Below are positions 47,588 through 58,931 of a stretch of DNA of 64,000 nucleotides, piece by piece (the stretch's first letter is position 1; each line of letters starts with the position of its first letter). The DNA is from Octopus sinensis (Eukaryota), in NCBI RefSeq assembly GCF_006345805.1, contig NC_043014.1, positions 6,572,001-6,636,000 of the forward strand. The letters are read 5' to 3'. Under the pieces are notes generated by a model, which was not told the origin of the DNA, searched no databases, and saw nothing but the letters and a program-made list of their open reading frames with translations. The translations under genes and the position numbers were made by a program.

Positions 47588-47699
47588 GCATCACCTGAAG
47601 AAATGAACACAAGAACATGATCCACCCAGTGTCCATGGATAGCAATAGGGTCTATGATCATAAGAAACACGTAATTTGTTGAAACATGCGTAGTGATGC
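47588..47699 (+). ncRNA. Hammerhead candidate with 7-bp stem I and ~80-nt domain II
   Basis: GCAUCAC-CUGAAGA-...-GAAAC-AUGC-GUA-GUGAUGC. Confidence 0.6.
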
Positions 47700-47758
47700 A
47701 TTAGAACATGAATTCCATCCAAGGATTAGTATTCACTATAAACACGTATATATCAACA

Positions 47759-47791
<33 letters not shown>

Positions 47792-47929
47792 GTGAGTACT
47801 GCTATACTATTTTACTATTTTGTATATATATATATATACATACATATATATATAATATATTGTGTGTATATATATATATATTATATATATATATATATAT
47901 ATTGTGTGCATATATATATATATAATATG

Positions 47930-48185
47930 AGGGAATATTATTTCAAACTTACAGGGAAAAATTCAATTTAGAAATAATAAATCAAATTTCACAAAATATA
48001 ATATATATATATAAATTAGAAAGAAAACACCTTTTATCAATTCAAAATGAAAAATTAAATTACATCATCATTATATTTTTATCTTATATTTAATCTTTCT
48101 ATAATATGTAATTTTCTAGATGGTGTAATTTAATTTTTCATTATTGAATTGATAAAAGGTGTTTTTTTTCAAATTTATATATATA
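47930..48185. repeat. (TA)n-flanked element with inverted arms; relative at 56590-56935
   Basis: CACCTTTTATCAATTCAAAATGAA mirrored as TTGAATTGATAAAAGGTG. Confidence 0.75.
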
Positions 48186-48590
48186 GGCGCAGGAGTGGCT
48201 GTGTGGTAAATTTTATATATAAAGCAGGAGTGGCTGTGTGGTAAGTAGCTTGTTTACCAACCACATGGTTCTGGGTTCAGTCCCACTGCGTGGCACCTTG
48301 GGCAAGTGTCTTCTACTATAGTCTCGGCCGACCAAAGCCTTGTGAGTGGATTTAGCAGACGGAAACTGAAAGAAGCCCGTCATATATATGTATATATATA
48401 TATATGCGCGTCTGTGTTTGTCCCCCTAGCATTGCTTGACAACCGATAGAATAAGTACTGGGCTTACAAAAGAATAAGTCCCGGGGTCGAGTTGCTCGAT
48501 TAAAGGCGGTGCTCCAGCATGGCCGCAGTCAAATGACTGAAACAAGTAAAAAAAAAAAATACTTTATTGAAAAGCAGCAGAAATATCACA

Positions 48591-48636
48591 AAAACTGTTA
48601 CTCAGAGTTTCACATTCCCATTCGTCGGACAGTTTT
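48591..48636 (-). ncRNA. Hammerhead-like motif, U4>C
   Basis: AAAACUGU-CCGACGA-augggaaugu-GAAAC-UCUGA-GUA-ACAGUUUU. Stem I is 8 bp and stem III is near-palindromic. Stem II is weak. Confidence 0.5.
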
Positions 48637-48659
48637 GTCATTTCTCCAGTATATATATA

Positions 48660-49090
48660 TATATATTATATCAGAGGAAAAAGGACAACAAAGCCCAAGG
48701 CAGAATGAGTATGTTAAGTCATTTAGAATAATTTAATATTATTCCATATTTTGGGGATGAGGAATTATGTATTTTATTTACAGGGACTTGAAAAATAACA
48801 CCAGCCACATACCCTAGGAATGAGAACAAAGTACCCCATTAGTCAAATAAAGGGCTGAGTTTGAAATTCCACCAGAACACCTGATGAAGGCTGGAGAATA
48901 CATCAGCTGAAATGTTGTGGTAACAACAAAACAAGATGAGGACAAATATCCGTCCATTGTAAATAATGTAGAATAATTTAATTGAAGTAAAACTTCAAAT
49001 TCACCTTACCCTAATTAAATTATTCTAAATGACTCGAAATAATTGTCTTGCCTTGCTTTTGTTGTCCCTTTTCGTCTAATATAATATATA
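48660..49090. mobile_element. (TA)n-flanked element with inverted arms (about 48660-48735 / 49015-49090) enclosing a decayed hammerhead (48877-48920, +)
   Basis: Arms AAAGGACAACAAA...GTCATTTAGAATAATTT are mirrored. The spacer holds ACAC-CUGAUGA-agGCUG...CAGCu-GAAAU-GUU-GUG. Confidence 0.65.
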
Positions 49091-49641
49091 CCTGCTAACA
49101 CAGAAGCCTAATATAGGTTCCCAGCTCCAGCCCCTGCTGTGAACTTAGGACCTGATGGATGACCAATTATAGCACTTACTCACCAGTGAACTAAACCCCT
49201 CATATTCTATATATGTATATATATTTATATATACTCTCCTGCCACAAAGCTTAGCAACGCCTACAGAAAATTTTTACATTTTTAAGTAACTTTACTATTT
49301 TTAGTAACTTGATTTTTCCAAAAATTTATATTTATCACTAGGAAAACCCAAAAATTAGACCCACATAAGCATTTCTCTTGAGAGTATATTACATACACAT
49401 ATATAGACATACATGTGTGTGTGTATATAATATATATATATATATATATACATACATATATATATACATATATATATATACATACATATATATACATATA
49501 TATATATATACATACATATATACATACATACACACACATATATATATATATATACATATGTATATATATATATATCATCATCATCATCATCGTTTAGCGT
49601 CCGTTTTCTATGCTAGCATATATATATATACATATATATAT

Positions 49642-49681
<40 letters not shown>

Positions 49682-50879
49682 TATACATATATATATATAC
49701 ATATATATGTATGAGCATGAGCCTCACGGAGTCAAGGTGGTTGGGCCCCACAGAGGCATTATGTTGTACTTGAGAAGACCCATCAAACCAAGTAAATTCA
49801 CATTTGTGGCAGATACTGGTATTCAGCCCAAATTGCTTGAAGATGCTGCTCCAGTATGGTCACCAATCAACAGCTGAAACACAAAAGTATTTAACATGTC
49901 ACACACGCGTGCTCATATGTGTGTGAAATATTTATAGTCGAATGAATGGTGGTGCCCCAGCATGACCACAGCTTCAGGTTGAAACAAGCCAAAGTACAAC
50001 ATTAAAAGCTCATATTGTTCTCAAATTTGAACTTTTGTATTTTCTGTTTCTTGTTTCAGTCATTTGACTGTGGCCATGCTGGAGCACCGCCTTTAGTTGA
50101 GGAAATCAAACCCATGACTTATTCTTTGTAAGCCTAGTACTTATTCTATCGGTCTCTTTTGCTGAACCGCTAAGTAACGGGGACGTAAACATACCAGCAT
50201 CGGTTGTCAAGCGATGCTAGGGGGACAAACACAGACACACAAACGTACACACACACATATATATACATATATACGATGGGCTTCTTTCAGTTTCCGTCTA
50301 CTAAATCCACTCACAAAGCTTTGGTCGGCCTGAGACTATAGTAGAAGACACTTGCCCAAGGTGCCACGCAGTGGGACTGAACCCGGAACAATGTGGTTTG
50401 TAAGCAATCTATTTACCACACCAGCCACTCCTACACCTATTGTATGCTGCAATAAAATCAGGAATTGAAAAATTTCAAGAAATACCTTTCTGTGAAGAAA
50501 AGCAAAAGACAAAAAGAAAAGAGCAATAAAAAGAAAAAATATGAAAACCAAAAGAGTTCACTGTTAATGCTCAGTAAAATAGGTTACAAAGCTATTTATT
50601 CAGTATTGCCAAAAAATATTTCATGTTATTATTTTCCTTCTGAGAAAGAACTCACCTCCGAAACGTCATTGGTATTCACATCTCGATCACAGGGCAGACA
50701 TTTATTCCTCTTCTCAGATTTTATTTAATCTCTCTTTTATTTTCTCTTTTTAATATTTATTTCTTTATTTATTTATATATTTTTGGTAGCAGCAAGTCAC
50801 TGTTAGTTATTATTGGAGATGGGTTATATACATGTGTGCGTGTGAGTTTTTTATATACATAATATATATATATATATAT

Positions 50880-50913
<34 letters not shown>

Positions 50914-50955
50914 TATAATATATATGTATATGCATATACACATACATTTATATAT

Positions 50956-50992
<37 letters not shown>

Positions 50993-51054
50993 ATATATGC
51001 ATACATTTATATATATATAGATATATACATACATATATACATATATATAGATAG

Positions 51055-51102
<48 letters not shown>

Positions 51103-51132
51103 CATACATATATACATTATATAGATAGATAC

Positions 51133-51169
<37 letters not shown>

Positions 51170-51176
51170 TAGATAG

Positions 51177-51209
<33 letters not shown>

Positions 51210-51951
51210 CATACATATTACATATATATAGATAGATACATATATATATATATACATACATATATACAATATATAGATAGATACATATATCATCATCATC
51301 ATATATATATATATATGTATATGCATATACTTATATACATTTTTGTGCATGTGTGTATTTCAGTCACATTTCTGTTGGAGTTGCAAACATGAGTAAAGAG
51401 GTCAAATCGATTCTGAGTGAAAGGAAACCTACATGTGATTTGGAATGTTTTTAAACATTATCCTCAAAATGAACTGAGAGTAGCTCATCAAAGTGAAATA
51501 CAGAGATGACCACTGACTGCCCTCCCTGCTCACTTATTTTAGATCTTGTGATTATCACAAAACCCCAACAATGAATGATGATGTCCACGCGATGATGATT
51601 ATCATTTAAATTTGCATGAAGACAGAACCTTGTCTGTCGGGACTTTTCCAAATATATATGTTTCTTTATTACCCACAAGGGGCTAAACATAGAGGGAACA
51701 AACAAGGACAGACAAAGAGATTAACTCGATTACATCAACCCCAGTGCGTAACTGGTACTTATTTAATCGACCCCCGAAAGGATGAAAGGCAAAGTCGACC
51801 TCGGCGGAATTTGAACTCAGAACGTAACAGCTGGCGAAATACTGCAAAGCATTTCGTCCGGCATGCTAGCCCTCAGTGTTAACCAGCTCAATGTTGTTAT
51901 ATTGAGTTCAAATCTGTTGTAATTAAATCCTCACCAGACATAACAATTTAA

Positions 51952-52155
51952 TCCTTTGGTGTTTAAACTGGCCATATCTTTTTATATTCAAACTGGCTAG
52001 ATCTGACTTCTCACACTTAACCTACAATATCATTCCAAAAATGAACAATTACACCATCGAAATCTTGACATTACAAGATAATGTGTGATTAATTCAAAAC
52101 CTTGTGAATAAACAAGCCTCACATTTGACAGTAATCTCAATGCGTAATGGTTGGG
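51952..52155. mobile_element. piggyBac-like MITE whose TTAA TSD overlaps the formin stop codon
   Basis: TTAA at 51948-51951 and 52156-52159. Homologous to the 14350-14559 half of the MITE at 13948. Confidence 0.7.
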
Positions 52156-54792
52156 TTAAACAGCCATATATGCCATGTTCTCGTGGGCATGAACAATTCT
52201 TTTGCTAGGTTCTGATGTCGAAGGATAACCATTTATTTGCAAGCCATTAACTTTGTCCGAGAAGTAAGAGTTTTGTGAGGTTTCTCTCAATTGGTGATTG
52301 TATACGTTATTGAAAGATTCAAATTCATTCGGTTGGTATTCTGTCTGTAGATAAGCGTTATTAGTGATGTTGTTGGCTATCATGTCCAACTTGTTTTGGG
52401 ACGCCATTTTGTTAATCTTTACGTTGTGTGTCGCCGATTCCGGAAACGTGCTTGCCCGTTTATTAAACCTGTCATAACTGTCAGCGTATTGGTGTATGGT
52501 AGGATAATTATGTGATGGTTCAACAGCAGAAATAAAATTGGGGTCGTTGTGGTGGTTAAGTCGCAAAGCATACTCCTCCTCTTCACTGCTAGCATTGTCA
52601 TAATAATCTGCCAACTTTAACGGAAGCGATATTGGTATTGTTGTTGTCGTTGTTGTTGGTATTGGTGTCGATGTTGTCGGTTTTGAAATGGCAGTTGTTG
52701 ACGGGAAGAGGTTTCTCCGAGATGAAGCAACTGGTGGGACAGACATTACTTGCTTTGCATCAGAAACAGGTTCGTTTGACCTGGAAGATGTTGCGATTTC
52801 GCATGTGTCCTTAGCTTTTTCAAATCGTTCGATGAGTGAACTTATTGATGGAGCAGTGAGAGGAATTTTCTCGTTAGGTGTTCGCTGCCTTGACGCCTTT
52901 TCATTTGGATCGATATCTCTCGTTCGGCTACTTTCATCCGGATGAATGTCCCTCGTTGGGTTACTACCATCTCGCGTCATCATTTGAGAGTAATTGTAAG
53001 CGCTTGAACTTCGATACTGGCCATTAGACGATACGGTACTCATCAGAGGTACTTTTGAATGAGTTAGTGAGCTAATCCAGTTCTTACTTTGAGTATTTTT
53101 CGAAACAGTGATGCCACTTATGTTATTAACCGTCGATAAATGATTGTTGTTTGTTGTGAAGTATTTTCGACTCTTACTTTGGAGTTCTTGAGCATAACTT
53201 CCAATACCGAATGACTGTCCACCGTTACCGACGTTCATCCGAGAGTCTTGACTCTTTTTCTGCTGCTGCTGTTGTTGTTGCTGCTGTTGCTGCTGCTGTT
53301 GTTGCTGTTGCTGCTGATGATGATGGTGGTGTTGAGAATGCAGTTGCTGGTTGCTAGCAGTTGTGTAGGGGGGCAAAGATTTACTTGGGGCAGGAGCACA
53401 TTTCAACCAATTCGCGGGCACCTGGTTATCGACACCGTACAAATCTAAATGGGGATTTTCATAACTATTGATATCTTTATCGACTGATATCAAAGTTCGG
53501 TCACTGGGTCTACTGGAATTGAGTGTTTCATGAGTGTCTGCAAACTGTTTTGTAGAAGAAACGAGTTCATTCTCATTCTGGTAGTTCAGATTAATTTTCC
53601 CCTCGTTTCTAGCCTTCCTAACAGGATCTGGACAGCTTTTATGTGTTAATGAACTAGACTGATGATGGACCAGTGGTCCGTTGAGGGGTGACTTCACACA
53701 GTTTTCAATCTTAGATTCTACAGGAAACGTATGGTTGTTCGTCAGTGAGTTACCTTCATATCGTAGATTAATTTCTTTTGAGGGAACAGTTTTTGTTGAG
53801 TGATTCGAAACTGGGTGCGACTGATAAAGATGATCTTGATGTGAAGGCGGATGTTTCTGGTTTGGTAAAGCTTGCTGGGGGTTTGATTTTGATGAAATAG
53901 TTGTAAAATTTGGGTTTGTTTGAACTTGTTCCTGATTAGCTGAAGTCTGGACTGGCCCAGTCGATAATGTTTTAGAATCCCGACATTTCGTGTAAATTTT
54001 AGGGGCTCGCACAGTTTCCTCACCTGTGTGGCCTGATTGGGTAGGTGGTACGGATTTAAATGCCATCATTTTTGTTTTGTCTGCATTGAGTTTTGTGTTT
54101 GCCTGGGTGTGCTCAGTCGAGTTTGGTTTTGTTTGCTCTCGTTTCAACCACGATTTAAACAAATGCTGTGTTGACCTTTTAAGAAAAGGCTCAGTATTAG
54201 CTGACGGAACCTCTGCTGTGGACATTGGTGACATTACTTGAGAAGAATAAGCCTCTTTGAGGTTATCATTGATGACTTCTGTGGGTGCAGCATTCATATG
54301 GAGAGCATGCGATGATCCAAATGGGCTTTGATTTATATAGTTATGCACAACACCATTTGCTACAAGCTGGTTACCTCCAACCCTTGAAGGGCTACTCTCG
54401 AAACTATTAGGAAGAGGGTTCATTGGTTTTGGTTTATGAATATCGGACGTATTTGGTGGACGCGATGTTAAGGGTTTTGGTGGGGACTGAGTAGGGATTT
54501 CGTGTAAATCATCCCTACTTCTGAAAGTTTTTAGGTGTATTGCAGAAGGATTAGTATGTGTGTGTTGATGGGGGTGGCCCCGCCTGTCTGCTTTGCTTAG
54601 CTTCGGGGGTAAATTGTGAAATCTGTTGGGTGCGTTATCAGAGGAGGGGCACGCTTCTTCGACGCTGTCTTCCCAGTTCTTGGGTGGGATGGACGGCGGG
54701 TTTTCTAACTTCTCTTTCGGTTTGCGAATTCTTGGCGGCAAATCTGGACCACCGTGGAATTGCGCAGCTCTGGTCAGTCTGTTGCCGCTGAT
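52156..54792 (-). CDS. Formin (FMN/Cappuccino-type) putative terminal exon: 878-aa low-complexity C-terminal extension
   Basis: 2637-nt uninterrupted ORF. Acceptor TTCTGTCTATTTGCAG|ATC in phase 0, in frame with exon 57372-57500. Contains poly-Q and PxLPPR motifs. No strong donor was seen before the TAA. Confidence 0.75.
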   Translation of the reverse strand: MSGNRLTRAAQFHGGPDLPPRIRKPKEKLENPPSIPPKNWEDSVEEACPSSDNAPNRFHNLPPKLSKADRRGHPHQHTHTNPSAIHLKTFRSRDDLHEIPTQSPPKPLTSRPPNTSDIHKPKPMNPLPNSFESSPSRVGGNQLVANGVVHNYINQSPFGSSHALHMNAAPTEVINDNLKEAYSSQVMSPMSTAEVPSANTEPFLKRSTQHLFKSWLKREQTKPNSTEHTQANTKLNADKTKMMAFKSVPPTQSGHTGEETVRAPKIYTKCRDSKTLSTGPVQTSANQEQVQTNPNFTTISSKSNPQQALPNQKHPPSHQDHLYQSHPVSNHSTKTVPSKEINLRYEGNSLTNNHTFPVESKIENCVKSPLNGPLVHHQSSSLTHKSCPDPVRKARNEGKINLNYQNENELVSSTKQFADTHETLNSSRPSDRTLISVDKDINSYENPHLDLYGVDNQVPANWLKCAPAPSKSLPPYTTASNQQLHSQHHHHHQQQQQQQQQQQQQQQQQQQKKSQDSRMNVGNGGQSFGIGSYAQELQSKSRKYFTTNNNHLSTVNNISGITVSKNTQSKNWISSLTHSKVPLMSTVSSNGQYRSSSAYNYSQMMTRDGSNPTRDIHPDESSRTRDIDPNEKASRQRTPNEKIPLTAPSISSLIERFEKAKDTCEIATSSRSNEPVSDAKQVMSVPPVASSRRNLFPSTTAISKPTTSTPIPTTTTTTIPISLPLKLADYYDNASSEEEEYALRLNHHNDPNFISAVEPSHNYPTIHQYADSYDRFNKRASTFPESATHNVKINKMASQNKLDMIANNITNNAYLQTEYQPNEFESFNNVYNHQLRETSQNSYFSDKVNGLQINGYPSTSEPSKRIVHAHENMAYMAV

Positions 54793-54819
54793 CTGCAAAT
54801 AGACAGAATATAAATTACA

Positions 54820-54858
<39 letters not shown>

Positions 54859-55083
54859 GCTGCTGCCACTACTACTACTACTACTACTATGCTGCTGCCA
54901 CCACTACTACTACTACTGCTGCCACTACTACTACTACTATTGCTACTGCCACTACTACCATCACCATTACTACCACTACTACTACTACTACTACTGCTGC
55001 TACTACTACTACTGCCACTACCTCCACCATTACTACCACTACTACTGCTGCTGCTTCTACTGCTACTACTTCTACTACTGCTG

Positions 55084-55120
<37 letters not shown>

Positions 55121-55135
55121 AGCTGCTGCAGCCGG
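54820..55135. repeat. (CTA/CTG/CCA)n trinucleotide tract in formin intron
   Basis: Direct reading. Confidence 0.95.
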
Positions 55136-55274
55136 TGCTGAAAGATATATATTACTGTCAATTAATTTGCCCACACCCTGTAACCAGAAGGCTAACTATT
55201 TTATGAAACAAATTCATTCTTCCCATACTTCACATAGTACTAAAATTTGTTGTGTGTGTATATATATATATATA

Positions 55275-55652
55275 CTAGCAGTATCGCCCGGCGTTGCTCA
55301 GGTTTGTAAGGGAAATAACTATAAAGCATTTTTAGAGAGTTATAGCCAAAAAATAGCAAAAAAATGGAAAAAAATGATGGTAAATTTTTTTTGAGAGTAA
55401 AAAAAGGTGGAGTTGCGTCCCCTAGACAGTTTGTGTTTCTGATTCTTGACCCCATGTCGAATTTATCGATTTTTTTTCAGAACTGGGGGAACTTTTCAAA
55501 ATTTTCGCTGCGTTAGTTTTGAATTACGACATTGGGCTATGTGTGTGTCAAGTTTCATCAGAATCGGTTGAAAGCCGTGGTCAGGGTGAGGGTACAAGCA
55601 AACAGACACACAGAAACACGCACAGACAAACTGCCGTTTATATAGAGAGAGA
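55275..55652 (-). mobile_element. Non-autonomous Helitron-like element
   Basis: Same CTAG end and hairpin as 15126-15519. TC start within the (GA)/(TA) flank. Confidence 0.65.
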
Positions 55653-55699
55653 TATATATATATATATGTATGTATAGGTTCAGCAACAATTTAGATTCA

Positions 55700-56940
55700 A
55701 ATGAATTTAGATGCACCAGAATTTTTTATGGTGTTACCCATAAAAATATGCTGGGTGATTATAATCAAAAATAAGCAACAAGAATGAATCCGGTAAATTT
55801 GATTAATATCAATTTAAAACCAGTGGCCTAGTATATAGAAAAATCTGAAGATTCAGAAAAATTATATTACATCCATATAAGAGGGATGACCTGTAAGTGG
55901 ACATTCATTATGCTAGAAGTAGATACCCTCCATAGTTTTACCACAAAGAAAGGATTGTTCTCAAGAAAAGTTCCTAAGATTCATATTTACATCTTTATCT
56001 GTATATTTACCTTCCCTAAGATGTTATTAATTGATTTGAAAACTTTATATTATTAGAAAACCTATATAAAATTAGCTAAAGATTACTCGGCATCTTAAAT
56101 CTGCTGTAATATTTACAGCTTTTAATAAAATGTTGTAGTATGAAACAATTGTACTAAATTACTGGATTCATTCTTGTTGCTTATTTTTGATTATATGTAT
56201 GTATATATATTTAAAATAATAAGGATGAAAAATTGGATATTAATTTGATTAATATCAATTTAAAACCAGTGGCCTAGCATATAGAAAAATCTGAAGATTC
56301 AGAAAAAATATATTACATCCATATAAGAGAGATGACCTGTAAGTGGACATCCATTATGCTAGAAGTAGACCCCCCCCTCCCTATGGTCTTACCACTAAGA
56401 AAGGATTGTTCTCAGGAAAATTTATATTTCATATCTTTTCATTTGTCTTGCCCATTTACGTTCTGGCGCGTTTGCAAAATTTTCTTGCGAACAATCCTTT
56501 CTTAGTGGTAAGACCATAGGAGGTCTACTTCTAGCATAATGGATGTCCACTTAGTGGTCATCCCCTCTTATATGGATATATATATATGTAAATTAGAAAA
56601 AAAAACCCACCTTTTATCAATTCAAAATGAACAATTAAATTACACCATCTAGAAAATTACATATGACAGAAATATAAAAAATAAAAATAACAATAATAAT
56701 AATAATTATTATTTTGCAATTTACTTAATCATCGGTATATTACTGTTATTTTATTTTTTATATTTCTATTATATGCAATTTTCTAGATGGTGTAATTTAA
56801 TTGTTCATTTTGAATTGATAAAAGGTGTTTTTTTCTAATTTTTATATATATATATATTATATTTTGTGAAATTTGATTTAGTATTTCTAAATTGAATTTT
56901 TCCCTGTAAGTTATGAATAATATTTCCTCAAATTATATAT
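55700..56940. mobile_element. Cluster of Penelope pLTR-like remnants with nested direct and inverted copies; decayed hammerhead at 56072-56157 (+)
   Basis: Homology to the 9335/12835 pLTR. Direct duplication about 55800-55950 / 56240-56410. Inverted arms about 56330-56410 / 56490-56578. Confidence 0.7.
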
Positions 56941-57142
56941 ATATATATATCATCATCATCATCATCATCGTTTAACGTCCGTTTCCGCGCTAGCACGGGT
57001 TGGATGGTTCGACCAGGGTCTGGGAAGCCAGGGGCTGCTCCAGGCTCCAGTCTGATCTGGCAGAGTTTCTACGGCTGGATGCCCTTCCTAACACCAACCA
57101 CTCTGCGAGTGTAGTGGGTGCTTTTTATGTGCCACCTGCACA

Positions 57143-57182
<40 letters not shown>

Positions 57183-57371
57183 TATATATATAATATATAT
57201 ATATACATATGTACATACATACATACATATATATATAAATGTTAGCAAGACATGTATCCTTTTCCGTTCTTTCATATGACTGTAAGAGTAGAAAGTAAGA
57301 AAGGTTTGGCTATTATTTCTAGCAAGTTAATCGGCTGCATAAAGTCATTCTCGTTGTGTTGTCCGACTTAC

Positions 57372-57500
57372 CAGTTTAATCTTTTGATTCATGTCCTGAC
57401 GAAATCTTTCCTCGGCCAATCGTTGGTGAGCAATTTTCCAGTAATGCTTGCAGTCTTGCAAGAACTGGACCCACAACGAGAAGAAGAGCTGGGTCGATTC
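57372..57500 (-). CDS. Formin exon, end of FH2 domain
   Basis: TTTGTTTCAG|...|GTAAGT. 129 nt, phase 0/0, encoding ESTQLFFSLWVQFLQDCKHYWKIAHQRLAEERFRQDMNQKIKL. The FFxxWxxFxxDxKxxWK pattern is recalled as typical of FMN/Capu. Confidence 0.85.
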
Positions 57501-58421
57501 CTGAAACAAATGGATAAAAATTAAAAAGGGAGAGTTAATAAATTATTCCAGAGAAGGAGAAGGAGACAGAGCGAGAGACAGAGAGATGAGGGAAGAGGTG
57601 TAAAAGCAGCAAGAGCTTCAATGACGACAACCACCACTTGATTATCATCAAAACAGTGGAAGCGCAATGGCCCAGTGATTAGGGCAGCGGACTCGCGGTC
57701 ATAGGATCGTGGTTTCGATTCCCAGACCCGGCGTTGTGAGTGTTTATTGAGCGAAAACACCTAAAGCTCCACGAGGCTCTGGCAGTAGGGGTGGTGGTGA
57801 TCCCTGCTGTACTCTTTCACCACAACTTTCTCTCACTCTTACTTCCTGTTTCTGTTGTACCTGTATTTCAAAGGGCCGGCCTTGTCACACTCTGTGTCAC
57901 GCTGAATATCCCCGAGTACTACGTTAAGGGTACACGTGTCTGTGGAGTGCTCAGCCACTTGCACGTTAATTTCACGAGCAGGCTGTTCCATTGTTCGGAT
58001 CAACTGGAACCCTCGTCGTCGTAACCAATGGAGTGCTTCCCTCCTAAAATCATGAAAGCAGCCGAATGCAGCACCAACTAATGGTTTCGAGTAGAATATA
58101 TTTGTCGATACATGTGCATAGAATACATTCCTTACAGTCACAGACAAAAGTGTTTTCATATTTGACTTGTTACTATGGAAACAGGCATGAATGTATCTGT
58201 GGCTTACGATTAGCTAAAATTACCCCAAATTTTCAAACTTTAAAAGTTAATAACTCTTTATTTACAGATTTATTGCGAAAATGAATTTCAAAGCAGTGAT
58301 TAGCATATAAAACCATGTCATTACACCGAATATGAAATTAATTCAAGCAGGAATTGGAGAAATTGAAAATTGGTAGCCAAACAGCTGCAGCACCAACAAT
58401 AACCATTTTAAGAATACATAC

Positions 58422-58519
58422 TTTGCTATTATTTTCAAAGGAGAAATAAATCTGTGTTTTCGAAGTATAGCTTTTGGTATCTTGCAGGAACTTCTTCTGC
58501 TCGTCCAAAGTCTCCAGAG
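58422..58519 (-). CDS. Formin exon, FH2 domain
   Basis: TTCCTTTCAG|...|GTATGT. 98 nt, phase 1/0, encoding LETLDEQKKFLQDTKSYTSKTQIYFSFENNSK. The YF precedes the FFxxW helix as in FMN proteins. Earlier exons lie beyond the window. Confidence 0.8.
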
Positions 58520-58931
58520 CTGAAAGGAATTAAATAATAATGTAGACAGATTAAGGAAATTAGACTTTGTGTTGGAAATATCGTTATCAAATAGTCTGGC
58601 AGAATTTATGGCCCTTCCCTCTTGAGGTTCTGAGGTAAAACCCGACCGGTATGTCAATCTTGCCTTCTCTTTCCTTTTCTTTTCTTTTCTGGATCGACAA
58701 AGTAGTACTAAACAAGGGTGATGGATTGGCGGAACTGTCTTGGGTTTCTGTTCCGGTTATTTTCGTTCTCACAGCAACATCTATGATGACACCGGTGCCA
58801 AGGTGTATCAGCCTAAGTCAGCAGCTAACTTAGTGGTTCGGCAAAAGAGATCGATAGAATAAGTACTAGGCTTACAAAGAATAAGCTCTGAGCCAACCAA
58901 AGCCTTGTGAGTGGACGGAAACTGAAAGAAG

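Noticed and set aside
58343-58657. 104-aa minus-strand ORF and a plus-strand mini-exon at about 58487
   Set aside because: Better explained by the formin exon 58422-58519 in another frame, which has canonical splice sites and FH2 similarity.
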